This document shows, one piece after another, positions 41,721 through 51,321 of a DNA stretch of 64,000 nt (the stretch's first letter is position 1; each line of letters starts with the position of its first letter). The DNA is from Methanomethylovorans hollandica DSM 15978 (GTDB lineage: Archaea; Halobacteriota; Methanosarcinia; Methanosarcinales; Methanosarcinaceae): NCBI RefSeq assembly GCF_000328665.1, contig NC_019977.1, positions 1,364,001 to 1,428,000 of the forward strand. The letters are read 5' to 3'. The notes below the pieces were generated by a model. That model did no database searches, was not told where the DNA came from, and saw nothing but the letters and a program-made list of their open reading frames with translations. Made by a program: the position numbers and the translations under genes.

Positions 41721-42569
41721 TTATTTCAATATCGATGAGAAAATATTGTCTACATTTATTAGTGGATTCACACCAATTTTAGTATAAAAAAATGAGACAA
41801 AAGCAATAGACGATTCTATCCCCCATATAGAACATCCTTTACCAAGACATTTATGTGGAAAAAATGGTCGATCATTATTTTTCATGAAAGGATTTATTTC
41901 AAATTTTTCTTTTAAGAGACTTAAGTTGTAAGAATCTATTTCTTCTGAACTTTCCTCTTGCCATTTTGACTTATAGTGTACTAATAAATTGCGTATTTTT
42001 ATAAGATCCTTGACATTTTTATATGTTTGATCCTTTCTAAAATCTTTGACATCAATATATTTTTTCTTATTTTCATCCGAGCTATTTTGAGCAATTATTT
42101 TGATAGCTTCTTCATATTTAGAAAGAACATCTTTCCTCTCAAACCCTTCACAATTCCATTTTTCAGCAAGAACTATTAAAGCTTTCAGACAAATTCCTGT
42201 TACATGTTTTGCTCTATCACTTTTAAGGAAAGTGTTATAACTAATAGTGTGTCCTTCTGAATCAATTACTATTTTGTGTTCTACTGTATCAAAACAGTCA
42301 CTATAAAATTCATTTATTATAGATTCGAGATAAGCTATACAAGAAACTACAGACCCACTTGCATATGCAATATCATTTTCATATAGTTCTGCATTTTTTT
42401 CCCAGGTACTCCCATCCCTATATTTCTTTTCAATCTCATCACATTCTTTTGCACAAAGACAGGCGCACCTAATGTGTTTACTTGAAAATGGTGATTTTTC
42501 TCTTAAATTTACCTTTGTAGTAATATTTATTGATACTTCAGCTTTTTCTTGGTCAGTATTATCTGGTAT
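41721..42569 (-). CDS. HEPN-like protein (282 codons) with non-canonical ATA start or lost start codon
   Basis: Stop-free frame 41721-42596; YLESIINEF and IRNLLVHYK (Rx4H) motifs; GGAGA just upstream of ATA; first ATG only 54 codons from the end. Confidence 0.7.
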   Translation of the reverse strand: MPDNTDQEKAEVSINITTKVNLREKSPFSSKHIRCACLCAKECDEIEKKYRDGSTWEKNAELYENDIAYASGSVVSCIAYLESIINEFYSDCFDTVEHKIVIDSEGHTISYNTFLKSDRAKHVTGICLKALIVLAEKWNCEGFERKDVLSKYEEAIKIIAQNSSDENKKKYIDVKDFRKDQTYKNVKDLIKIRNLLVHYKSKWQEESSEEIDSYNLSLLKEKFEINPFMKNNDRPFFPHKCLGKGCSIWGIESSIAFVSFFYTKIGVNPLINVDNIFSSILK

Positions 42570-42606
42570 TATATCTCTCCAGTTGCAACTTAAGTATTAG
42601 TTTCAT

Positions 42607-43001
42607 TCAAGCTTCTTCCCACATTTCCAACCTTTCCCATACATGCTTATTAAGTTTAAATAGCTTATCAGCTTTAGCATTCTGTTTCATATAATGCAAA
42701 GTATCCTTAGAGAACCCCATGTTCTTCCATTCAGTATAGGAAATACTCAGTATCTATTACCTGACTCTCTGGTTTTCAATAACAATGCATAATTCCATGT
42801 TACTGAGTTTTTCTGATATGGAATTTTCTTATTCATCCAGTTCTGGAACTCTTCAGTTACTTTCTTTGCACCAGATGGTTTAAGCCTGAGAGAATAGCTT
42901 TCTGTTCTAATGAAATCTTTAGCATCCAGTCTTTAAGTTTCTATCAGATTGATCACAGCAAGATCAACAAGGAACCTTAAGGGCTCTTGAAGATCATATG
43001 T
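42607..43001 (-). pseudogene. cas1: Casposase (solo Cas1 with C-terminal HTH) remnant
   Basis: YDLQEPLRFLVDLAVINLIET*RLDAKDFIRTESYSLRLKPSGAKKV...WNYALLLKTRE / ILSISYTEWKNMGFSKDTLHYMKQNAK..LNKHVWERL; internal stop at 42933-42935, internal deletion, no N-terminus. Confidence 0.85.
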
Positions 43002-43121
43002 AATTTAAAATTCAGATACACAATTTTGAGTTTAGGTATCACCTCATTAAATAACTTAGAGTAATATGAGCGCAAGTGATTTATACGATTAGTTAGATAC
43101 TGTAAATTGGTTATAAGGGAA

Positions 43122-43457
43122 GTAAGCTGCAAAATGGAGCATGTGCAGGACGGAGTAAAATCTGGTCTCGTAATAAACTTCATTGACGCGTAAGTTCAGA
43201 AATGAAGTACATTCAGGACGGATTAAGACCTGATTTCGTAACAAACTTCATTAACGCGTAAGTTCAGAAATGGAGTATATTCAGGACGGATTAAAACCTG
43301 ATTCCGTAACAAACTTCATTAACGCGTAAGTTGCAGAATGAAGCACATTCAGGACGGATTGAAACCTGATCCCGTAACAAACTTCATTGACGCGTAAGTT
43401 GCAGAATAAAGCACATTCAGGACAGAATAAAACCTGGTCCCATAATAGACTTCATTG
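43122..43457. repeat. Non-coding tandem array, 5 x 68 bp, with internal dyad symmetry
   Basis: Units start at 43122, 43190, 43258, 43326, 43394; e.g. GTAAGTTCAGAAATGAAGTACATTCAGGACGGATTAAGACCTGATTTCGTAACAAACTTCATTAACGC. Confidence 0.95.
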
Positions 43458-43700
43458 TTGCAGGTCAAAACCTTATGACCACCTTATCAACTCTTTTAAT
43501 AAACTCTATTTTGATTCGTTGGAATGTTTTCTATTAACTCCTCATCCTTCAGGCTGCTTTTGTGGTAGATCGAGTACCATCTATTCTGTTGTTTTCCATC
43601 CGTTCTTTTGAAACTTTAAAGTCTCTTATCAATTTCCAGAACTCTTTTTTAGAAACGTTAATTAATATGGTCGGATCATAGTTAACTTTGGGGTGTTTTC

Positions 43701-43883
43701 ATGGAAAGTGAAAAGAGTCCGAAGAAAGAAATTTTTCCCACGATCTCAATAATAATATTGGTGACGGGTATATTGTGGCTGATAAATGAATTGGAGATAT
43801 TAAGGATCGATATTCCGTGGTTTCCCGTGGTCTTAATAATAATTGGGATCGCCGGAATCATAGAATTCTATAGAAGGAAATAA
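43701..43883 (+). CDS. Small two-TM membrane protein
   Basis: GILWLINEL..IPWFPVVLIIIG; GGGGTG site upstream. Confidence 0.7.
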   Translation: MESEKSPKKEIFPTISIIILVTGILWLINELEILRIDIPWFPVVLIIIGIAGIIEFYRRK

Positions 43884-43974
43884 AGATCCGTCTTGTAGGA
43901 GATCTGCTGAAAAGCAGATAATTGTTCTGAAAAGCCATAATCTACCTGAAAAGTAGCTGTCCGATGAACAGCAC

Positions 43975-44847
43975 ATGTACATATATATTACTATGAACAA
44001 AATAAAAGGGCTTGTAGGGTTATTAAGACCCGAGCTTCCCTTCTCCGCCGGCTTATGCGTAGTGATGGGGCAGATCCTGGCCCTGGGTGAGTTCGCACCC
44101 GTTTTCGAAACTGCATTTGGTTTTTTGTCAGTGTTCTTTATTTCGGCTTCAATATTGGTATTAAATGATTATTTTGATGTTGAGACCGATAAGCTCAATG
44201 CACCCCATCGTCCGATCCCTTCGAACATGGTCACTCCGTCGGAAGCGTTGCTGCTGTCCATAGTTCTTATGTTATCCGGCCTCATCCTCAGCTATCTGAT
44301 CAGTATTATAGCGTTATTGATCTCGATTATTTTATTCATCATCGGATTTCTGTACAACAGGCACTACAAAAAGAGCGGACTGCCAGGAAATCTGATGGTT
44401 AGCTTTTCCGTAGGGATGACATTCATTTATGGTGGGGTGTCCGTAGGATCACCCTTTAATAACATTGTCTGGCTTTTTGGCGCTATTGCCGCATTAATAG
44501 ATCTTGGAGAGGAGATCGCTGCCGACGCAATGGACATGCAGGGAGACCTGCTTATCAATTCAAGGTCCCTGGCAATAAAATATGGAAAAGCATTTGCTCT
44601 GCGGATAAGCAGCTATATTTTCCTTTTTGTCGTTCTGCTGACATCTGTGCCTTTTATACTAAAGTGGCTGCCTGCCATTTATCTCATACCTATCGCAATA
44701 ATGGACCTTGCTATTGTTTATCCGTCTTTGAGATTATTGGGATCCGGCAATGATGCGAATGCAGGAAGAAAATATATCCGCTGGGTCTATTTAGGTGCAA
44801 CATTGGGGTTACTGGCCTTTATATTGATAAAACTGCTTGAAGCATGA
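43975..44847 (+). CDS. UbiA family prenyltransferase (DGGGP synthase-like)
   Basis: NDYFDVETD..NAPHRPIPS, EEIAADAMDMQGD; ATG at 43993 possible. Confidence 0.9.
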   Translation: MYIYITMNKIKGLVGLLRPELPFSAGLCVVMGQILALGEFAPVFETAFGFLSVFFISASILVLNDYFDVETDKLNAPHRPIPSNMVTPSEALLLSIVLMLSGLILSYLISIIALLISIILFIIGFLYNRHYKKSGLPGNLMVSFSVGMTFIYGGVSVGSPFNNIVWLFGAIAALIDLGEEIAADAMDMQGDLLINSRSLAIKYGKAFALRISSYIFLFVVLLTSVPFILKWLPAIYLIPIAIMDLAIVYPSLRLLGSGNDANAGRKYIRWVYLGATLGLLAFILIKLLEA

Positions 44848-44953
44848 AAAAGAGTTGACACACATCTGAATTGTCAATGGTAACATTGATCCTCACAATG
44901 CTAACGCTATTCTCACTGAGCACTTTAATACTTATACTTCCCTTATAACCTTG

Positions 44954-45859
44954 ATGAAACTTGGAATTGCTGTCACCGATCCGCATGACTGGACTGCTGA
45001 TGCCCTTTTGGAAGCTGCAGTGGACAGAGACTTCGAGACATATCTCATTGATCTGCGACATACGGAAGTTGTCATAGAAAAAGATGTAGTGATCTCATGT
45101 CAGGGCCTGACACTTCCAATACTTGATGTGCTGGTGGTAAGGGATGTAGGTGCCGGGCCTATGGAAGGTGTTTCCTTCAGGTTCGATGTCCTGAGGCAGC
45201 TGGAAATGCAGGGCACGCTTATACTGAATAGCCCCGAAGCCATAAGGAATGCTGCAAATAAGTATCATACGACATACCTGCTCGCAAAAGCAGGAATACC
45301 TGTACCGGCTACGTTCTCAGTGCAGGACAGGGACAAAGCCATTGAGACGATCAACGACCTCAGGGATGCAATTGTAAAACCGGTATTCGGCTACAAGGGA
45401 AAAGGCATAATCAGAGTAAGGGAAGGAAAAATGGTAGAGCCTGATGGTAAAATCTCACAGATTCCCTGGGAAAAGCAGATCACCCAGATGATCGATAGCT
45501 GGGGAATGCTGTATATCCAGGAGTTCATAGAGAACCAGGGAAGGGACATCCGCGCTTTTGTGGTCAACGGCAAGGTGCTGGGTTCTATATACCGCAGTGC
45601 ACAAAAAGGCCACTGGATAAATAACTTGAGCCAGGGCGGTACTTCGTCACCGTGCAGCCTTACGCCTTCCCAGGAAGAGATCTGTGCGAAGGCTGCAGAA
45701 GCCGTAGGCACCGTATTTGCAGGTGTGGACCTCATAGAAGGACCCGATGGCACTATGGTGCTGGAGGTAAATGGCACTCCTTCCGGGGCAGGTATATATA
45801 GCTCATGCGGAGTTAATGTTGCCGGACATATTCTCGACTACATACACTTAAGAGAATAA
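44954..45859 (+). CDS. mptN: RimK-family ATP-grasp ligase, probable tetrahydromethanopterin:alpha-L-glutamate ligase
   Basis: NKYHT, VKPVFGYKGKG, YIQEFI, RDIRAFVV, GVDLI, LEVNGTP; substrate assignment inferred from family and context. Confidence 0.7.
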   Translation: MKLGIAVTDPHDWTADALLEAAVDRDFETYLIDLRHTEVVIEKDVVISCQGLTLPILDVLVVRDVGAGPMEGVSFRFDVLRQLEMQGTLILNSPEAIRNAANKYHTTYLLAKAGIPVPATFSVQDRDKAIETINDLRDAIVKPVFGYKGKGIIRVREGKMVEPDGKISQIPWEKQITQMIDSWGMLYIQEFIENQGRDIRAFVVNGKVLGSIYRSAQKGHWINNLSQGGTSSPCSLTPSQEEICAKAAEAVGTVFAGVDLIEGPDGTMVLEVNGTPSGAGIYSSCGVNVAGHILDYIHLRE

Positions 45860-45898
45860 TCAAATGATATCTGAAGTCATATTTACGAGGCCTGCTTA

Positions 45899-46246
45899 AT
45901 GGATGAATATAAACAATGCATCATTGTGAGAGACGATCTGAAACTTTCAAAAGGTAAGCTTGCAGTACAGGTTGCACATGCAGCGGTATCTGCCAGCAGC
46001 TGGGCTTCAAAATCCGCCCTTGATAACTGGAAGGAAGGCGGACAGAAAAAAGTGGTGCTACGGGTTCCCGCACTAAAAGATCTTTTCGAGCTAAAGGAAA
46101 AAGCCCGCAGGGAAGGATTTCCCACAGCTCTTATCGCTGATGCCGGCCTCACTGAAATTGAACCCGGAACTGTGACCGTCCTTGGTATCGGTCCTGCAAG
46201 AGCTCAGGATATTGACAGAATAACCAAGGAACTTAAACTTCTTTAA
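45899..46246 (+). CDS. pth2: Peptidyl-tRNA hydrolase 2
   Basis: KQCIIVRDDLKLSKGKLAVQVAHA, GQKKVVL, DAGLTEI, LGIGP. Confidence 0.96.
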   Translation: MDEYKQCIIVRDDLKLSKGKLAVQVAHAAVSASSWASKSALDNWKEGGQKKVVLRVPALKDLFELKEKARREGFPTALIADAGLTEIEPGTVTVLGIGPARAQDIDRITKELKLL

Positions 46247-46303
46247 GTAGTATCTGTGCAGGATGCCGTATTATAGCGAAGGGTAAAGGGTAGAAAAATA
46301 ATT

Positions 46304-46504
46304 TTAATTCTCCACCACTTTTTTCTCTACTCCAGATGTGTTGTCAGGATGGTTATCAGCCTCATCCTTTGATTGGTCATTGACTACCTTACCACCATCA
46401 TCATTCATCTGGGATGCATCTGGAGTTGTGTGTGTCTCCTTAGGGTTATAAAAATCGAATATTGAACTCGATGTCAAAGGTCTCTTCTTGGTTCTCTTTA
46501 CCAT
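46304..46504 (-). CDS. Small hypothetical protein
   Basis: 66-aa ATG ORF in otherwise intergenic space. Confidence 0.4.
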   Translation of the reverse strand: MVKRTKKRPLTSSSIFDFYNPKETHTTPDASQMNDDGGKVVNDQSKDEADNHPDNTSGVEKKVVEN

Positions 46505-46672
46505 ATACCCATCATTCCCATTAAAAAATACTTAACCCTTCCCCTATGATATTTTTTTCATAAAAGGAACAGGTAAGCTTAGAAAGGGAAGTATGGGACT
46601 ACCAGATGAATAGAAACTGACTTGATCATCTTTCTGGTGTCCCATCCATAACTATTGTCCACAATCCGACTA

Positions 46673-48577
46673 TCAGATGCCCAGCTTGCTGCGCTTGCTC
46701 TCAATATGTTCCAACATGGCATCTACAGCCTTTTTAGCATCAGTTTCCACATTCATTACTCCTCCGGTTACATCCTTGCAGTCCTGAGTGAGCAGTTTCA
46801 CCAGCCTTGGAGCACCTGTTACTGTGGGCACAGGATTAACATGCGTGTGCAGGCCCAATGCAAGAGCATAGACTGCATCAATGGTAGCTTTCTGCTCCAT
46901 ATATTCAGGTGCTGTTGCCACTACAGGCAGGTCAGGCAGAGGTACATCACCTAGAGCTGATGATATAGCACCAAGCAGATCTGCCAGCCTTCCGGTATCG
47001 GTACATGTACCAAAGCTGAGTACGGGAGGAACACCAAGTTGTTTGCACAGGCCTTTGAGTCCAGGTCCTGCAAGTTCCATTGCATCAGGGCTGCACAGAC
47101 CTCCAACCTGCATGGCAGCATTGCCGCATCCCATAGAAAGTACCAGCACATCCCTTGCAATAAGTTCCTTTGCAATATCCAGACTATGACAATCCTGTCC
47201 CGAATCCCTCAGGGTTGTACAGGATACAAGACCTGCAACACCTCTTATGGTTCCACTCTTTATAGCATCCAGAAGAGGTGTTATGCTGCCACCCAGTGCT
47301 TCTGTTATGCTCTCTGACGAGAATCCCACCACAGACTCAGTGATAGGAAGGCCAGTTACAGGTAATACGGTTTTCCTGCGTTCACTGAAGTTATCTATAG
47401 CCATCTGCAACAGCTGAGCAGCCTGCTCACGTGCCTTTTCTGGTACATAATCTATTCTTTCATCAATACCCTCTAAAGAAACAAGGTCACTGACAGGTAC
47501 TATTTTGAAATGATATTTCTGGGCATAGATCGGGTCTATAGGCATTGAACAGTTCATATCTGCCACGAACAGGTCTACACAGCCGCTGGCCATGACCGCT
47601 TCTTGGGCAATCCAGTTGCCAGTAAACCCAAAGAACACATTGTCCATTTCCCATCTCTGTATCATTTCCTGGCCAGTCTCAATATTGGCTATTATACGCA
47701 TTCCTTTTGCACCAACTGCCTGAGCCTTGTCCTGCCACATTTGTTCTCTTGCCAGCTGCACCATGGCAAATCCCAAAAATGGTTCATGACCATTGGGGAG
47801 TACGTTTACATATTCGGGGTCAAGCACTCCAAGGTCAACTCTCATCTTATGCGGTTTGGGCAAACCGAAGAGGATGTCCTGGCAATATTCATTTACTATC
47901 TGGCTCTGATAACCCATAGCCACTCCCAGACGCATAGCTTTTAGGGCAAGGCTCACATAGTCTCCATCTACGTTTGTGAGGGATGAACTCGTTGTCCTCA
48001 TGATCTCACTGTGGATGCCATTGGGGAATATACCTAGCTTTTTCCATGTTTCCTTACGCTCTTGGGGTGCAAGCATCTCTACTATCTTACTATGTTTTCC
48101 GTATTCATTCCTGAAATCAGCTTCCACAAAGTCACATAATCGCAAAGCTACTTCATTATCGGTGCCTGATGTATCAACACCAAGCCTTGCAGCAAAAGTT
48201 CTGAGTTTCTCAGACTCCTTAATATTAAAAGGTGTCTTGCCAAGAGCTGTGGCTCTTAGTGTTTTTATGGTCTGTTCTGTATGGTACTGGTAAGTTGAAG
48301 CTCCCATAACATTGCGTAAGAGCATCATACGCATGGCCATGCCATCAGCAGTGATACCGCAAACACCTCTTTTATCCGTTTCAGCATTGGCTCTGCAGGG
48401 TCCATTGGAACATAGGTCGCAGCGCATACCTCCCTGGCAGAAGTTACAACGTCTGTCGGGGTTCCCACCCATACCCTGGGCCTCATACCGATCCCATATG
48501 TTGGTTATGCCGTCTTCTTTGATTCTTTCATATACTTTCTTTACAGATGCATGACAGGATATCCTATCTCCTTCCAT
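46673..48577 (-). CDS. cooS: CooS/HCP-superfamily carbon monoxide dehydrogenase-like protein with altered C-cluster ligand
   Basis: CxxCxxGPC..RGVCG, NGHEP, ANIETGQE, DMNC, SCTT, GCG, GTCTD, MEQKA; GGAGG site before ATG 48577. Confidence 0.88.
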   Translation of the reverse strand: MEGDRISCHASVKKVYERIKEDGITNIWDRYEAQGMGGNPDRRCNFCQGGMRCDLCSNGPCRANAETDKRGVCGITADGMAMRMMLLRNVMGASTYQYHTEQTIKTLRATALGKTPFNIKESEKLRTFAARLGVDTSGTDNEVALRLCDFVEADFRNEYGKHSKIVEMLAPQERKETWKKLGIFPNGIHSEIMRTTSSSLTNVDGDYVSLALKAMRLGVAMGYQSQIVNEYCQDILFGLPKPHKMRVDLGVLDPEYVNVLPNGHEPFLGFAMVQLAREQMWQDKAQAVGAKGMRIIANIETGQEMIQRWEMDNVFFGFTGNWIAQEAVMASGCVDLFVADMNCSMPIDPIYAQKYHFKIVPVSDLVSLEGIDERIDYVPEKAREQAAQLLQMAIDNFSERRKTVLPVTGLPITESVVGFSSESITEALGGSITPLLDAIKSGTIRGVAGLVSCTTLRDSGQDCHSLDIAKELIARDVLVLSMGCGNAAMQVGGLCSPDAMELAGPGLKGLCKQLGVPPVLSFGTCTDTGRLADLLGAISSALGDVPLPDLPVVATAPEYMEQKATIDAVYALALGLHTHVNPVPTVTGAPRLVKLLTQDCKDVTGGVMNVETDAKKAVDAMLEHIESKRSKLGI

Positions 48578-48976
48578 TGTTCTTCCTCCTAAAGCTGAAA
48601 ATTGCTGGTTCCATGTTGCGGCCACTATTAATTTCCAGATAGCTCGAATTATCATCAATTGTGTCCAACGCTTTGAGCCATTCCCACACATTGATCATAG
48701 AACAAACAATGTCACCAGCAGAGCAGTTTACCTATATTAAGTATTAATCTGATACTGATATATATAGGAAGAAGTTTCCAACCTGATATCGCTAAAATTG
48801 AGATATGCAGAAAACCTTTCACAATCAATATATACTTTAATTTATTCATTTCATGGTGATGAGTGCATTAAGACAACGGATGATACAGGCTCTAAGGATA
48901 CTAGTTTAAAATATGTGACAATATAAGATAAATAAGCTTTTTGTTTTACTAACATCAAAAATACAGGAGATACAAT

Positions 48977-49297
48977 ATGTCTGCATGGATCGTTGCTATG
49001 GAAGATAAACTGGCTGAAGAAAAAATGAACGTGATCACCGTAGAAGGGAAAAAGATTCTGTTAATCAGGAAAGAAGGTACTGTTTATGCCATAGATAATA
49101 AATGTCCCCACATGGGTTGTCCTCTTAAGGGAGGTATCCTGGAAGGTTATGTTCTGAAATGTAGTTGTCACAACTGGGGTTTTGACATCAGGACTGGTAT
49201 GAATGCAAAGACAGGCGCATATGTGGATAAGCCAGATTCAAAGGTTTCTACATACCAAACAAAAATATCCGATGGTAACATTTCAGTAATGCTGTAA
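48977..49297 (+). CDS. Rieske [2Fe-2S] ferredoxin
   Basis: CPH...CSCH ligands, FDIRTG. Confidence 0.92.
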   Translation: MSAWIVAMEDKLAEEKMNVITVEGKKILLIRKEGTVYAIDNKCPHMGCPLKGGILEGYVLKCSCHNWGFDIRTGMNAKTGAYVDKPDSKVSTYQTKISDGNISVML

Positions 49298-49298
49298 T

Positions 49299-49346
49299 GT
49301 GAACTACCCCTCCCTGCTTTCTGATGAAAGCAAGGAAGGAGACTTC
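49299..49346 (-). mobile_element. Isolated IS605/IS1341-type right-end hairpin
   Basis: GTGAACTACCCCTCCCTGCTTTC-TGAT-GAAAGCAAGGAAGGAGACTTC; minus strand ends GGGGTAGTTCAC. Confidence 0.6.
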
Positions 49347-49463
49347 TGCTGTAGAAGTTAAATCTTTTTTTTGATTTTTTGAAAAAGTGACTTCGAATGT
49401 CCTTATTGTGCAGTATCCCTTCTATCCGGTCTGGAGATATTGCAGGTATCCCTGTTGCTTCCA

Positions 49464-50120
49464 CTATTCTACACTTTGTCGTTTTACTAGCCTGGCTCCC
49501 ATCTCAAAGGCTTTCTTACAGTCCTGTGGAAATACTTCTTCGCGTGTTTTCGCTTTTTCTTTGAGATCAAAGATATCCGCAACATATTGTGAATAGTCAT
49601 CGAATTGATATGTGTCAGTGCTGCACAGTGATTCGGAATATCCAAAGATTTTTGTTGCAACCACTTCATTTACTTCAATTACTTTATTAAATCCAAAGAA
49701 ATCAAAGTGCTCTTCCTTTGCACCCATTGTATAAATGTATCCAACCGAGATATTCTTTGGATATAATGTTGCTGGGTTAGCAGAGTAAACCAGATATGGG
49801 AATATATAACGCTCCATAAATGATCTCATTTCCCCTGTCAAATTTCCAAGGTATATGGGTGATCCAAGGATTACTGCATCTGCATTTTCCAGCTTTTCCA
49901 ACACCGGTGTCAGTTCATCCTTCATTGCACATTGTCCATAGCTTTTCCCATTTTTTAATTTGCAGGCAAAGCAACTTGTACATCCTTTAAAATTCAGGTC
50001 ATAGAGATGAATTATTTCTGTCTCTGCACCTTCTGTCTCTGCACCTGCAAGAGCTTGTTCAAGCAGAGTTGCTGTGTTCCATTTCTTTCTTGGACTTCCA
50101 TTTATTGCTATTACTTTCAT
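49464..50120 (-). CDS. Iron-sulfur flavoprotein / flavodoxin family
   Basis: INGSPRKKWNT, CTSCFAC..C cluster motif, GSPIY. Confidence 0.92.
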   Translation of the reverse strand: MKVIAINGSPRKKWNTATLLEQALAGAETEGAETEIIHLYDLNFKGCTSCFACKLKNGKSYGQCAMKDELTPVLEKLENADAVILGSPIYLGNLTGEMRSFMERYIFPYLVYSANPATLYPKNISVGYIYTMGAKEEHFDFFGFNKVIEVNEVVATKIFGYSESLCSTDTYQFDDYSQYVADIFDLKEKAKTREEVFPQDCKKAFEMGARLVKRQSVE

Positions 50121-50394
50121 AATTTACCTCGTTTTCTTTTACTACAGGATACAAAACTTTTTGAAATATGAGAATCTTCAGAAAGACTTAGTATATCCAT
50201 ACCTAAAAGTATTGCGGATATGAAGGTGTGGAAGAAAGGGGACAAATCTAAAACTAAAAGAACAGGCTGGTTTTGTTTGGTTGCATTTTTCTCAAATACA
50301 GCAAAATTATAAGTTGATGTTATTTTTGACCATCGTGATTAACTCATAAAGTAGATAATGTTTCAAATACTAAATTTGATATGGGGTTAAACAT

Positions 50395-51189
50395 ATGGAA
50401 AAAGTCAAAATTGGTGAATTACGCATTGCATTTGAAAGGAAGGGCGAGGGGGTACCCCTTGTGCTCCTCCACGGCGGTCTTAGCGACAGCCGGATGTGGC
50501 ACAGGCAGCTTGATGAACTGTCCGATGAATTCACAGTTGTGGCCTGGGATGCACCTGGATGCGGTCGCTCAGCAGATCCGCCTGAGACTTTCCGTTTGCC
50601 TGATTTTGCAGACTGTCTTGCTGCATTTATTGAGGAAATTGGATTAGTAAAGCCACACATTCTCGGTCTGTCATTCGGTGCCGGGCTTGCACTTGAGTTT
50701 TATCATCGATATCCTGACATGACAAGGTCCCTCATACTGGCTTCGGCTTATGCGGGATGGGCAGGATCACTTACTCCCGATATAGTAGCACAACGTTTGG
50801 TGCAGGGGCTTCAGCAATCTGAATTGCTGCCAGAACAGGTAGTTCAGATGTGGATTCCAACACTCTTCGTTAAATCTGTATCTTCTGAGGTAATTGAGGA
50901 GACAGCAACAATCATGTCCGAATTCCATCCTGTTGGAATGCGAGCTATGCTGCTTGCTTTTGCTGAGGCTGATCTGCGTGATATGCTTCCAACTATCAAA
51001 GTACCTACACTGCTGCTGTACGGTGGAGCAGACCAGCGTTCTCCTCTGAACGTCGCCGAGAACCTGCACGCTAAGATCCCAACATCAAAGCTTGTAATTA
51101 TACCAGGCGTCGGGCATGAGATCAGCCTCGAAGCACCAGGATCATTCAATGCTGAAGTGCGCAGTTTTCTTCGAGTGAATCGGAAGTAG
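50395..51189 (+). CDS. Alpha/beta fold hydrolase
   Basis: LLHGG, DAPGCGRS, GLSFG nucleophile elbow, D and GH catalytic residues. Confidence 0.92.
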   Translation: MEKVKIGELRIAFERKGEGVPLVLLHGGLSDSRMWHRQLDELSDEFTVVAWDAPGCGRSADPPETFRLPDFADCLAAFIEEIGLVKPHILGLSFGAGLALEFYHRYPDMTRSLILASAYAGWAGSLTPDIVAQRLVQGLQQSELLPEQVVQMWIPTLFVKSVSSEVIEETATIMSEFHPVGMRAMLLAFAEADLRDMLPTIKVPTLLLYGGADQRSPLNVAENLHAKIPTSKLVIIPGVGHEISLEAPGSFNAEVRSFLRVNRK

Positions 51190-51321
51190 GTGTTTACTTC
51201 AGATAATTGATATGGTGGAAAAAATTGATGTTACTATTCTTTACGCGACTAATAAGGACAAATTTAATAATGCAGTTGTTCTGAAAGAATATATAGAATC
51301 TAGAACAGGGAGTGAGTAAGA

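Noticed and set aside
43122..43457. CRISPR array
   Set aside because: The whole 68-bp unit is repeated with no unique spacers; the adjacent Cas1 is casposase-type and no cas2 or effector genes are present
43673..43687. Second casposon TIR (GGATCATAGTTAACT)
   Set aside because: Shares only CATAGTTAACT with 40543-40557 and is in direct, not inverted, orientation
48578..48691. N-terminal extension of CooS in the ORF track
   Set aside because: A strong GGAGG site precedes ATG 48577; the extension has no family features
14454..51189. Pyrrolysine read-through at TAG-ending genes (brxL, brxB, flavoprotein, hydrolase)
   Set aside because: Each TAG falls at the expected family C-terminus; the pglX split is at TAA with 2 kb of intervening genes
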